A stretch of 63,939 nt of DNA, the filler included, from Barthelona sp. PAP020 (Eukaryota): assembly GCA_040182905.1 (NCBI GenBank). It is 3 parts of 3 records of this genome, joined end to end, with 100 filler letters (N's around TTAATTAATTAA, not from the genome) between each part and the next. Parts side by side here need not be neighbours in the genome. Positions count along the whole stretch, not along the records: positions 1 to 23,294 come from JARQWU010000167.1; positions 23,395 to 46,672 come from JARQWU010000168.1; 1 more part is not named here. One strand, 5' to 3'. This document shows, in pieces, positions 19,845 to 30,500 of the stretch. The notes under the pieces are model-generated. The model saw only the letters and a program-made list of their open reading frames with translations, had not been told where the DNA came from and did no database searches. The translations under genes were made by a program, and so were the position numbers. Numbering within the stretch: the stretch's first letter is position 1; each line of letters begins with the position of its first letter.

Positions 19845-20840
19845 ATGATTGTTGACGGTACAGCTAATAAAATCGACCCTAATGTTAAGTATAACATGGA
19901 CCAAGTTGTTGTTCCAGGTGGGTTTGATGTATATGGATTTGGAAATAATGATCGGGCAAAGAAGATGTATTTTGCAGCGCTTGTTGGTAATTTTGAGGTT
20001 GTCAAGCAGTGTATGAAAGCTGGCGTTAATGTGAACAAACAAGGCACGGAAGGAAGGACATCCTTGTTTGGGGCTGCTTTTAACGGACATATGAAGATTG
20101 TTGAATTTTTGTTTGATTTCGGGGCTGATGTTAATTTATGTGTGAATGTTGGTGCTTCTCCATTATTTGTTAGTTGTCAAAATGGTCATCTTGACATTGC
20201 CAAAATGCTCTTGGATTATGGTGCTGATGTTAATTTATGTATGAATGATGGTACTTCTCCATTCTATGTTAGTTGTCAAAACGGTCATCTTGATGTTGTT
20301 AAAATGCTCTTGGATTATGGTGCTGATTTTAATTTGTGTAGGAATGATGGCACTTCTCCATTGTATGCAAGTTGTCATAGTGGTCATCTTGATATTGCTA
20401 AGATGCTTTTAGATTGTCCTAAAATAAACATATATAGTGAAGATATGCTGTTGTTTTTCAACAGATTGTTTACATGTGACGAGGAATGGAAAAGAACCAA
20501 CCAATACCGCATTTTGAGCTGTCCCAACTTGAAGCAACAATTGGAGGATAATAAAGTTGTTGATTTGAAATTTGAGCTTTTGTCCAAATCTGAGTTGATC
20601 GACTTGGTAAAAAATGAGGGCTATCTTATGTCAACACTAGTTGCAATGAATGTAAACAGTATCATCATTCGAGAATTTGTCACTGCTGGAACCTATATGA
20701 ATCAAAGAGATTTTGACATGTCAATCAATTTTTGTTGGGATTTGATTGACATTAATGAAAGAAATGGGGGCAATATGCGTGAGTATATTGATAAAGAGAT
20801 AGAAGATGATGACAGTGATGAGAGTGATGCTGATGATTAA
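19845..20840 (+). CDS. Ankyrin-repeat protein with unrecognised C-terminal NGGNM domain
   Basis: Five ankyrin repeats (SPLxxSCxxGHLDxAKMLLDYGAD); C-terminal LIDL...MNQRDF...WDLIDINERNGGNM; acidic tail. Confidence 0.9.
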   Translation: MIVDGTANKIDPNVKYNMDQVVVPGGFDVYGFGNNDRAKKMYFAALVGNFEVVKQCMKAGVNVNKQGTEGRTSLFGAAFNGHMKIVEFLFDFGADVNLCVNVGASPLFVSCQNGHLDIAKMLLDYGADVNLCMNDGTSPFYVSCQNGHLDVVKMLLDYGADFNLCRNDGTSPLYASCHSGHLDIAKMLLDCPKINIYSEDMLLFFNRLFTCDEEWKRTNQYRILSCPNLKQQLEDNKVVDLKFELLSKSELIDLVKNEGYLMSTLVAMNVNSIIIREFVTAGTYMNQRDFDMSINFCWDLIDINERNGGNMREYIDKEIEDDDSDESDADD

Positions 20841-21024
20841 TATGATGAGTTTGTCTGGTTACATGTTTATCCAATATATCTTTTGTGAAAAATTTTTTCT
20901 TTGTGTATAAATCATAGTTTGTTTATTTTTTGATTTATCTCTTGGGAAAGGTTTGTTACCGGCTGAGTGACTAAAAGAGGCGTTGGAAAGTATTTTTAGA
21001 GAGTATTGCTCACAATTTATGGTT

Positions 21025-21185
21025 TATTTCCAAGCAAAGAAGAGCTATGCGTGGGAATGAGGAATTTTGAAAAAATTTCCTATTTGATTGTTAAAATTAC
21101 ATTTCAGTCCCTGCATCTCCTACGGTTTTGATAAAAATTTGGAGAAAGAAATTTTGCTAAGTTTATTTTTTTTATAAATGAGTAT
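21025..21185 (+). repeat. Dispersed non-coding element, internally deleted copy
   Basis: atttccaagcaaagaag...tgcgt joined directly to gggaatgaggaattt...acatttcagtcc; both parts occur separated in the 27100-27395 copy. Confidence 0.65.
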
Positions 21186-21199
21186 GTTTGTTAATTTAT

Positions 21200-21400
21200 T
21201 TTTAGCCAAAGAAGCACTGTGCGTATGAGTGAATAAAAAAGAATAGTGTTCATTTGGTTAATGGTTTTTGAGGCCCGATTGATCTATTAAAAACTTTAGA
21301 TTTTCTGAGGTAAAGTTTAAACTTTAAAATTTTGCTTTTGCAAAAATACAAAAAAATAGGAATGAAGAATTTCTCCGGAATTTTCACACTTGATTGGTTC
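21200..21400 (+). repeat. Dispersed non-coding element copy
   Basis: gaagcactgtgcgtatgagtgaataaaaaagaatagtgtt...gaggcccgattgatct...aaactttagattttct matches 63841-63939 and the reverse complement of 27200-27390. Confidence 0.9.
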
Positions 21401-21539
21401 AGTTGTGGAACAACTAATTATATTTACAAAGAAAGAGTAACTAAAGAAAACATCATTTCCCTAAATCTAGGCCACAGAAAATGTTGGTGCATTTAAGCCT
21501 TACTCATCAAGCATGAATATTTTTGAAAAAGTCATCCAT

Positions 21540-21680
21540 TCGTATTTTTTGGTATTTTAACAAAAGCAAAATTTAAAAGTTTTATTCCTTAGTTTATCAA
21601 AGGATTATTTGGGCCTGGCAAGCTTTTAAAAAATGAACACTATTCCTTTTTATTCACTCATGTGCCCAGTGCTTAGAAAT
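21540..21680 (-). repeat. Dispersed non-coding element, diverged inverted copy
   Basis: Reverse complement reads aagcactgggcacatgagtgaataaaaaggaatagtgttc...aggccc...taaattttgcttt. Confidence 0.75.
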
Positions 21681-22071
21681 AGAACGATCAAGCAGTATGA
21701 AAAAATTGAAGTTTCAACATTATTTATATGAATAAAAAAAACAATTTATAAATTTACAAAATCAAACACAGAAAACTAATTTCAGGAAATTTCAACAAAT
21801 GGAATGAACAGCTGAAATTCAAACTTAAAGTTAGGACAGGAAAAAGTAAGCATTTGCAACATATATTCCATACCTACTCTCTACATCTCTGCAAAAGAAA
21901 AACCAGAAAGTTTAACCCTCAATAATGAAGATGCAACAGGAATTGCATCAATACAAACACGAAAGATTGCAAGAAGAATAAAAATGCCAATATGAACTAA
22001 AAAATGAGAAAATTGTAAGCGTTGCTTGATAGATTGGCAATATAACAGTGTTTTATGGATGTATGGGTTTG

Positions 22072-23292
22072 TTACACAAACAAAGTTTTGAACCAACTGT
22101 AATACGGTTTCAGAAGCTCTACAATTTGGGAATGACCATTGTCTTTGGCAATATCAATTGGTGTTGATCCATTTGTGATTTTGAGATTTACATTGGCTCC
22201 ATGATCCAAGAGCATTTTGGCAACATCAAGATGTCCATTTTGACAACTGACATGTAATGGAGACCACCCAGTATTCTTGCAAAAATTAACATCAGCCCCA
22301 TAATCCAACAGCATTTTGGCAACATCAAGGTGACCATTTTGACAACTAATTAACAATGGAGAAACACCATTATTATTGCACAAATTAACATCAGCCCTAT
22401 GATCCAAGAGCATTTTAGCAACATCAAGATGACCATTTTGACAACTAATATGTAATGGAGACCACCCATCATTCATACACAAATTAACATCAGCCCCATG
22501 ATCCAAGAGCATTTTGGCAACATCAAGATAACCTTTTTGACAACTGATGAACAATGGAGAAACATTATTATTGAATAAACTGACATCAACCCCATGATCC
22601 AAGAGCATTTGGGCAATATCAAGATGACCTTCTTGACAACTGATGTACAATGGAGAAGCACCATTATTACCACAGAAATTAATATCAGCCCCATGATCTA
22701 AGAGCATTTTGGCAACATTAAGATGACCTTCTTGACAACTAATATGTAATGGAGACAACATATCATTCATACACAAATTAACATCAGCCCCATGATCCAA
22801 GAGCATTTGAGCAACATCAAGATGACCATTGTAACAACTAATATGTAATGGAGACCATCCATCATTCTTACACAAATTAACATCAGCCCCATGATCCAAG
22901 AGCATTTCGGCAACGTCAAGATGACCTTTAAGACAACTGATGTACAATGGAGAAGTACCATCATTCTTACACAAATTAACATCAGCCCCATGATCCAACA
23001 AAAACGCAACAACATTGACATGCCCTTTTAATGCAGCCCCATATAAGGATGTCCTTCCTTCCTTTCCCTGTTTGTTCACATCAACGCCAGCCTTGATACA
23101 CTGTTTGACAACTTCAAGATTACCTTCAAGCGCTGCAAAATAGATCTTCTTTGGATATCCATTATCTTCAAATCCATCCACATCAAACCCATCTGGAACA
23201 ACAACTTGATCCATCTTATACTTAACATATGGGTCAACGTCATTTTCATGTTTCACCATTGTACTCATCATTTCCAACCCGTTAATCAACAA
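22072..23292 (-). CDS. Ankyrin-repeat protein (about 11 repeats), possibly 5'-truncated by the gap
   Basis: Eight near-identical internal repeats plus capping repeats; shares the N-terminal DPxVKYxMDQVVVPxGFDV leader with the 19845 gene; frame open to the N run. Confidence 0.9.
   Translation of the reverse strand: MLINGLEMMSTMVKHENDVDPYVKYKMDQVVVPDGFDVDGFEDNGYPKKIYFAALEGNLEVVKQCIKAGVDVNKQGKEGRTSLYGAALKGHVNVVAFLLDHGADVNLCKNDGTSPLYISCLKGHLDVAEMLLDHGADVNLCKNDGWSPLHISCYNGHLDVAQMLLDHGADVNLCMNDMLSPLHISCQEGHLNVAKMLLDHGADINFCGNNGASPLYISCQEGHLDIAQMLLDHGVDVSLFNNNVSPLFISCQKGYLDVAKMLLDHGADVNLCMNDGWSPLHISCQNGHLDVAKMLLDHRADVNLCNNNGVSPLLISCQNGHLDVAKMLLDYGADVNFCKNTGWSPLHVSCQNGHLDVAKMLLDHGANVNLKITNGSTPIDIAKDNGHSQIVELLKPYYSWFKTLFV
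22170..22960 (-). repeat. 99-bp tandem repeats encoding ankyrin units (one 96-bp unit)
   Basis: Repeated catcagccccatgatccaagagcattt...caacatcaagatgacc on the + strand. Confidence 0.9.
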
Positions 23293-23294
23293 AT

Positions 23295-23394
23295 NNNNNN
23301 NNNNNNNNNNNNNNNNNNNNNNNNNNNNNNNNNNNNNNTTAATTAATTAANNNNNNNNNNNNNNNNNNNNNNNNNNNNNNNNNNNNNNNNNNNN
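23295..23394. other. Artificial assembly linker
   Basis: 44 N + TTAATTAATTAA (stops in all six frames) + 44 N. Confidence 0.97.
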
Positions 23395-24978
23395 GGTTCC
23401 ACAGAATGTACTGCATGTTCTGCTGGTACTTATAGAATTGAAGGAATGGATGGATGTGAACGTTGTGGAAGTGATGCTTACAATACTGTTCCTGGAAGCA
23501 CTCAATGTAATAAATGTGGATTGAATATGGTTGCGGCTGAAGACAGAATGTCATGTCAATGTCTTGGAGACCTGTATGAATTTGAGGAAGGTGTTTGTTC
23601 TGTATGTCCAACTGGTATGAAATGCTTTGGTGGAAATGTCACTTGTATTCAAGAAGGTTATTATGTCACCAAAAATGGAGATGTTGAAGAATGTCCTTCA
23701 AGTGGATGCATTGGTACCTGCGATTCTGATAGTGATGATATCAATTTGCAATATGGTTTATGTGTTGAAGGTTTTAGTGGAGTTGGATGTTCTATTTGTG
23801 CTGATGATTATATTTATTTTGCACCTGAATGTACCAAATGTCCTTCAATTATCACCACTGTTGGTGGAATGGCTTTATCTTCAATTGTGTTTATATCAAT
23901 TTTGATTGTTGTTTTCAATGATGGAAAGAAAAGATTTATTTATTCTGGTGTTTATTTACCATTTATTCGTATGTGTCAAATATTGGCAGTTATTCAAAAA
24001 TTGGCTCCTGTACATGTTATACCTTTGTTGCGTGGTCTATTTGTTGTCTTGTCTGAAATATTTTTGGATATTGGACATTCAAATGTTTTGACTTGCGTTA
24101 TTGAAAAAGAATTGACTCCATTTGTTCGAATATTCATTTTATATTTAATTGTTGGTTTTTGTTTCGGGTTATCGTTCATCAACTCAAAGTTTAAGAACTA
24201 CTCTCAAATTGTCAATTATATTTTGATGGTTCCCATTATTACCGCTTGTTGTGAAATTTTTGGATTTAAATACATCAATAATGAGTTAACTTTGTTGAGC
24301 TATCCGTATGTTGCAGCATTTTCTGACATTTATTGGAAATTGTTTAGTGTGTCGATTCCAGGAATAGCAATCATATGTGTTTCATTGTGGAAGTACAAAA
24401 GAAACTATGTTTATGATGTTGTCAATGGTGAAAAAGATTTCATTCAGCCATATTATTCAATTTCTAATCAATATATGGACAGCAAATTAAGGTATGATCT
24501 TTTATACACATGTTTTGCGGTTCTTTTCCCGATTATTGGATTCATCTTCAATGATCATCTATTGTTGCAGCAAATCGTTTTGCTAATTCTCACTGCCGTA
24601 GTTCTCATTGCACATATTAGAACGGATGCTTACCGCCAAAGAATTTGTCACAGATCACAAACAACCAACTTTTTAATTATTCTGATGATTCTTGGATTTT
24701 ATTTCTGTTCCGTACTGGATACTTCTATAAGTGAATCTGATTCTTATGGGAAATTTTGCACACTTATATTCGGATTGGTCTTATTCCAATTACTGTCCAC
24801 ATTGTATGGTTTAATAAACATAATCATGCATGCAAAACTAGAAGGAAAATCCAGCGATATTTTCAAAGGAAGCAGACAGAGTCATAATCAACTCAGAAAT
24901 CCAGTGTTATCCTTAAGTAATTCAATATCTGAGGTTAATCCTTTACATATAAACTTTAGGTTGAGTGAGAAAAGTTGA
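23395..24978 (+). CDS. Cys-rich (GCC2/GCC3, CxxC) ectodomain plus multi-pass membrane protein, 5'-truncated
   Basis: Frame open from the gap: GSTECTACSAGTY...CERC...CSVCPTGMKC...LCVEGFSGVGCSICADDY, followed by several hydrophobic helices. Confidence 0.8.
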   Translation, partial: GSTECTACSAGTYRIEGMDGCERCGSDAYNTVPGSTQCNKCGLNMVAAEDRMSCQCLGDLYEFEEGVCSVCPTGMKCFGGNVTCIQEGYYVTKNGDVEECPSSGCIGTCDSDSDDINLQYGLCVEGFSGVGCSICADDYIYFAPECTKCPSIITTVGGMALSSIVFISILIVVFNDGKKRFIYSGVYLPFIRMCQILAVIQKLAPVHVIPLLRGLFVVLSEIFLDIGHSNVLTCVIEKELTPFVRIFILYLIVGFCFGLSFINSKFKNYSQIVNYILMVPIITACCEIFGFKYINNELTLLSYPYVAAFSDIYWKLFSVSIPGIAIICVSLWKYKRNYVYDVVNGEKDFIQPYYSISNQYMDSKLRYDLLYTCFAVLFPIIGFIFNDHLLLQQIVLLILTAVVLIAHIRTDAYRQRICHRSQTTNFLIILMILGFYFCSVLDTSISESDSYGKFCTLIFGLVLFQLLSTLYGLINIIMHAKLEGKSSDIFKGSRQSHNQLRNPVLSLSNSISEVNPLHINFRLSEKS

Positions 24979-25180
24979 TTAAAGAAAAAAACAAGGAAGA
25001 CTTATTATTTTTGTGCATGGCTTATCAACGAAATGATTTCGTTGATATTTGTAATTTTTAGAAAGAAAAATAGAATATATTTTTATAAACTTATATGTGT
25101 GTTTTTTATTGTGTGAAAGAAAAGTTCAACAACGAAAAAATATCAACAAACAAAAAGAAGTAAGCTCCTTGATTTACCGT

Positions 25181-26368
25181 TCATTCCTCTTTGACATCTA
25201 CAAATTGGCTCATATTTCCACCATTGTCAGTGTTTGAATCCACCAAATCCCAAACTAAATCCACAATGTTGTTAAAATCTTCTTGATTCATGAAAATACC
25301 ATTCGCTGTCAAATTTCTGATCAAGGAGGTATCACAATGCATTTCAAACAAAATTGTTAAGACGAAACCAACGTCTTTTGCTAAATCAATTAAGAATGAC
25401 TCTTGTAACCTATTAGAAGCTGATTTTATAGAATACACTTGAAAATTTTGTTCATCAGAAACGCCACATGCCAAATGTGTTTTATTAGGGGAAATAGCAA
25501 ACGTAAAAAATGAACGAACACAATGACAATTAATCTTTTGAAGTTGTTTGCAACTGTCAATGTTAAAAGAAGTTATATATCCTTCACCACACATTGTTAA
25601 TAGAATTGAAGAAGTCAAAAAGTGAATATCATAAACATCCATGCCTGAATCAAATTTTTGAATTAATGAACTGCTGTCAATATCCCAAAGGGTCACCTCA
25701 TTTGAAAGTCCACCAACAGCAAAAATGCTTCTGGAAGGATGAAATTCAACATTTTCAATGTAATAATTACAATTAAAGGAACAAATAATAGACAAATCTG
25801 TGGAGTCTAACAATCTTACGGTTTGGTCACCACAACCTGCCAAAATATATTTGCCATCTGGGGAAAGTTTTATTCTCCATGCAGGACTCCCCTTGAAATC
25901 AATCTCACACTCTTTGGATTGAAGGTTCCATTTTTTAATAAAACCCATTTCATTATCGTCATCCTCATCATCATAATGTGAGGAATAAAGATATTTAGAA
26001 CAGGCTGAAAAACAGATGGAAGAAACAGGCAAAGAAGTTTCCCAAAAATCCAATACGGTGAAATTATCAAGGTCATACAACTTGATCACCTTTTCAAAGG
26101 AACATGATGCTAAAAATTTTCCATCATTTGAAAAACAGATATCAAAAACAGAACGTTCATGATCATTATTCGAGTGTATCAACTTATAAGTTGTTGTATC
26201 ATACACATAAATAATACCAAAAGAACCAAGTACCAAATATTTACCATTTGGTGAATAACAGGAACAAAAAATTTTTTCAAAAAGTCCTTTCTGAATTATA
26301 TTCATGCTTTGATCATCTATTTCAAGTGTTAAGTTATCATAAATTTGATTTCTAATTAAATTTTTCAT
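25181..26368 (-). CDS. WD40-repeat protein with unrecognised C-terminal NGGNM domain
   Basis: About seven WD repeats (YSPNGKYL, FSNDGKFLAS, LSPDGKYI, FHPS, VTLWD); C-terminal LIDL...MNQEDF...WDLVDSNTDNGGNM; ATG at 26368. Confidence 0.88.
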   Translation of the reverse strand: MKNLIRNQIYDNLTLEIDDQSMNIIQKGLFEKIFCSCYSPNGKYLVLGSFGIIYVYDTTTYKLIHSNNDHERSVFDICFSNDGKFLASCSFEKVIKLYDLDNFTVLDFWETSLPVSSICFSACSKYLYSSHYDDEDDDNEMGFIKKWNLQSKECEIDFKGSPAWRIKLSPDGKYILAGCGDQTVRLLDSTDLSIICSFNCNYYIENVEFHPSRSIFAVGGLSNEVTLWDIDSSSLIQKFDSGMDVYDIHFLTSSILLTMCGEGYITSFNIDSCKQLQKINCHCVRSFFTFAISPNKTHLACGVSDEQNFQVYSIKSASNRLQESFLIDLAKDVGFVLTILFEMHCDTSLIRNLTANGIFMNQEDFNNIVDLVWDLVDSNTDNGGNMSQFVDVKEE

Positions 26369-27099
26369 TTTTTGAGGAAATTGAAAAATTCTTGATAAAG
26401 AGGAGTGTTTTGAAGATTGTGAAAAATTTTTTTTTAAATTTTGAAATGTGTTTATTTCAGATTGGATTACCACAAAATTTTTTCATTTGATTACAATTGC
26501 CGTCAAAAGTAAGATCTCTTTGTGAAGAAATGTGATTGAGGATTGTATGGAGGTTACATTCTGCAAAAAATAAGATGTAAAGATTTTGCAAACATTTTCA
26601 TAAATAAGACATGTATAACCCACATATAGGACAGTAGTTAAGATACAAGCATTACTCGGAGAGTTGGGCAAAAGTCAAAGAAATTCCAGATAAGACTCCA
26701 AACATAGAGATAACGTCAACAAGAACGATTCTTTACTTCAAGAATACTGAATTTAATCCTTTAGGTCGCATTCTTTTTTTTTAGGAGTCGAACATCCCAT
26801 AATCTTCGTCATCGAAAACTTCTCACTATACCAAACCCCAACGTAATGGGTTAACATAAAAATAAAAGTCTTTTAAATTTATGAAAACAAATTATGTGAT
26901 GTACTTGTTCACTACTTGAGTAGTTTAGGACCATTTCATTTGGATTGAATATGATCCTGTTCCAAAAGTTTAATTTTATATCAAATAAAGATGCTTGATT
27001 GAACGAACTTTTGTCTTAAACAATAAAAAATAGTGTTTGAGCTGATAAATAGAGCCATTTTTCTCATTTCATTTTTGAAAATGAAGAATTGCAACTGAT

Positions 27100-27395
27100 C
27101 TTCTGCACTTTTGAAGAAAGTAAACTCAGAAAACTCATTCATGCAAATTTCTGTCATAATCCCAGGAGGGGAATTGAAGGACTGAAATGTGATTGGAACA
27201 ATCAAGCAGGAGAATATCGGAGAAATTCCTCATTCCCATTTTTTTTGAATTTTTTCAAAAGCAAAATTTTAACCTTAGAAAATCTAAAGTTTTTCAACAG
27301 ATCAATCGGGCCTCGAAAGCCTTTAACCAAATAAACACTATTCTTTTTTTATTCACTCATACGCACAATGATTCTTGGTTTGGAAATGAATAAAG
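27100..27395 (-). repeat. Dispersed non-coding element, longest copy
   Basis: About 95% identical over ~99 nt to 63841-63939; continues with similarity to 21300-21400 and 21055-21185. Confidence 0.9.
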
Positions 27396-27419
27396 ACTTT
27401 AACAATTTAGCGGATTAAT

Positions 27420-27495
27420 TTGGACTTCGAACCTCAAAAATCTCCAATCAAATATGGGATTCTTTTTTATTCACTTATATGTAAAATGCTTCTTT
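27420..27495 (-). repeat. Degenerate tandem copy of the element's start
   Basis: Reverse complement aagaagcattttacatataagtgaataaaaaagaat...tttttgagg. Confidence 0.55.
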
Positions 27496-27591
27496 ATTAG
27501 TAAATAATAAATGACTATTTGATATTTATCGAAATAAAATAAAATAAAATAAAATATTTTATTTATTTTTATTTTATTTATTTTTATTTTT

Positions 27592-30500
27592 TCAATTGTT
27601 TTTATTTTCTTTTTTTATTTTTTTAAGGTTTTTTCTGGTTTGACTCTTTGAAAAAACTTTTATGTATCTTTTTGAGATTATATCAATTATTTCTGAATAT
27701 TGAGTGGGTGAGAGTTCATTTTCAAAGACAATATCCTTTTTCTTGTCTTCGTCCTTTGAATGCAACTTCAATAATTGGATCATCCTATTTATAGTCTTTA
27801 TTAAAACAGTTGGATGCTTGTTTGAATGTAGAATTTGCATAAGTTCAATATCAGATCCCTTCTTCAAATAGTTTTCTGAGACATTTGTTAAAACAGAAAA
27901 CTCAGTGAACTTCTCTTTCAAAAGATGATCTGTATCCAAAGAATTACAATCAAACAATCGAATAAAAATTGAATGTAACTTAGAATCAATCAAAGAAAAC
28001 ATGAAGGACAAATCAATGTTTGATTTTAACATCAAAACATGCAAAACATTTTGCAGTGATTGATGAAACAGTTTATCTGTTGTCTTCCACAAATTGACAA
28101 TGAAAAAACATACCAACTGCATTGAACTTCCTGCGACAACTATTTTATTGACCAACAGCTCAACGATCTTCAACAATTGCTCATCAAATTCAACCAATCT
28201 AAAACGAGGGTGTAACTCTCGTGATAAACAAATAACTGAACCAATATTATAGGACAATAATAAATCAGTAGCTCCATTTAATGTGTGTTGTAATACATTG
28301 ATAATAATGTTCAACCAATCACCGTATAATTGAGGAGAAACATTTGGCCACAAAGGAATCTCCAACAACGTGGAAACCAATCCAATTTTTTTGCATTTAG
28401 CCCACATTCCATCTGTCAACACAGAATTTAACAAGATTTTAAAAAAGAAAGTCATTTCTAATAAGCTATTAACAGAGCCAGACTCTAAAAAGGTAGGGTA
28501 GCCAGGAAATTCAAAAGTGTTCAACTTTACAATGCTCTTTGTCACAATGTCATACAATTTTTTACCTGGAGATTCAATAATTGGCAAACTATTAACTAAA
28601 AACACAGCAATGGACAGAGATAAACGTTTAGAAGAAGCCAAATGAGGTTGAAGATTCAAAAGTATTGCAATCAATTCAGATGAATAGGAAACAAGATGAG
28701 GATGTTTTTGTAAATTTTGCAAAATTAACGCACACACATATAAAGCCTTAACACGAACAACAGAATGTTTGGATGCTAATGACAGCACAATTGGAACAAG
28801 CATTCGCTGTTCAAAAAATAGTTCAACGGGAATTATTTCAGATCCAATGGTGTGAGCAATAAAAACAGTCCAAAATTCATGATTGATGTGTTCAGTGTCA
28901 TTATTTTTGCTATAAGAAACTATTTCCCTCTTAGAATCAGCTAAATATACAATGGTTTCACCAACTTGAGCCAAAGTACTTGCTGAATATGCCACAAATT
29001 TATCTATGACTCTCTTTAAATTATCTTGCCTTGAATTGCCACCTTCTAACGACCATGCAAATCCTGCTTCATCAATAATTGTAGGATCATGAACATAGCA
29101 AGCAAGAATGACTTTCCATATTTGAAGATTGAATATACCATCAGAAATATGCAATGCATGAAGAAACAATTGAACGAGCATTGGTGGAATATTGAATGTG
29201 TTCATGATGAAATCTTCATCATCCAGCATAATGTCAAATAATACCGCCAAGTTTTGATGCATAATACTGCTTTCTTCAGAAATTTCGCTTGAAAGCAACA
29301 TTGTCGAAAACTTATTATGCTGTGATAATGATTTAAACATTGAAAAAGCTTCTTCTGCCTTGATATTTGAACGAGGTGATTCTGTTCCCAATAATAGAGG
29401 ATTCAATAAAGGTGTATCATGATGTTCTTCAACAAGAACTGAATCAAATAAACCAAAACGAGAAATAATACTGTCAGAAACAACAACTCTCAATAGCTCC
29501 AGATTATCATGTAAAACCTTCACGACTAAATATGGACGTACAGTACCCAATTGTTTGAAAAACCATTTTTGGTTGTTAAATTCATTTTTCTTCACACGTT
29601 TTAAAATTGTATACGATTCATCATCACAAACAAGTTTGCAAACAGGAAGAAGCATGGAAAGGTCACCATTAATCACACAATAATCAAAGACAAAATCAAC
29701 AAATGTTCCAAACCTGTGGTCAAAACAAATAACAGGCACAACAATTTCAAGAATATTTGGGGTCAAATTGGTAAAATTCTCAAAAATTGCTTCAATTATC
29801 GGATATTTGTCTTCAAATCTGTCACCATAGTTGATTAAGTCCTCCACAGAATAATCAGGATGAGAAAATGCAGGCAATACAGATGTATCACCTTGTAAAG
29901 CAGCAAATAACAATGAAATGAACAATTTTGGAACTAAAATAGGATGAACGTTAGGAATTCCACCATACATTCCTAACATTTCTAAGGGAGGACAATCATC
30001 TTCAAAAATAGAGTTCTTCAATTCAACAAAACTCAAAACTTGTTTTTCAAAAATAAGGTTAACCAAGACAGCACTTACGTCCGTCTTTATCATTGAAAAA
30101 ATCAACGGATAAACATGTTCCATCTGAGGAATGTAATAATTGGCAATACTTGTTAAAGCGGCAAATGCATAGGATCTAGTGGAAAAATCTCCAAGATATC
30201 TGACCAATACAGTCAGCAGCATTTTACTTTCTTCAGATTTCATATCAATAGTATGTGGAACAAGAGAACAATATTCCAAAAATGTTGTACGAAGCGATAA
30301 AACCCGATCCCATGACCAGTATTTCAAAATAGTCATGACTTCAGGAAGGTAAGAAATATATGCTGGAAAACATCTGCCAAATGATATCAAAGACCTAAAA
30401 ATACCAATTGCAGCTCGATTGTATGCTTCTGAATCATGCTCACAATATTTTTTAAGCAACCCAGGGATTTCTCTGAACATTTGCTTGAATAGAGGTGCAC

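Noticed and set aside
22170..22960. Regular repeats resembling a CRISPR array
   Set aside because: In-frame 99-bp ankyrin coding repeats without unique spacers; eukaryotic context and no cas genes.
23295..23394. TTAATTAATTAA palindrome between N runs (also 46673-46772)
   Set aside because: Identical 100-bp artificial linker with six-frame stops; not biological. The ORF at 23339-23611 spanning it is an artefact.
26480..27000. Coding-like non-ORF DNA upstream of the WD40 gene (similar stretch at 19400-19700)
   Set aside because: Possibly decayed gene or transposon remnants, but no motif could be recognised.
27530..27592. (AAAAT)n/(ATTTT)n inverted repeat
   Set aside because: Simple AT microsatellite in a 3' flank; expected at this composition.
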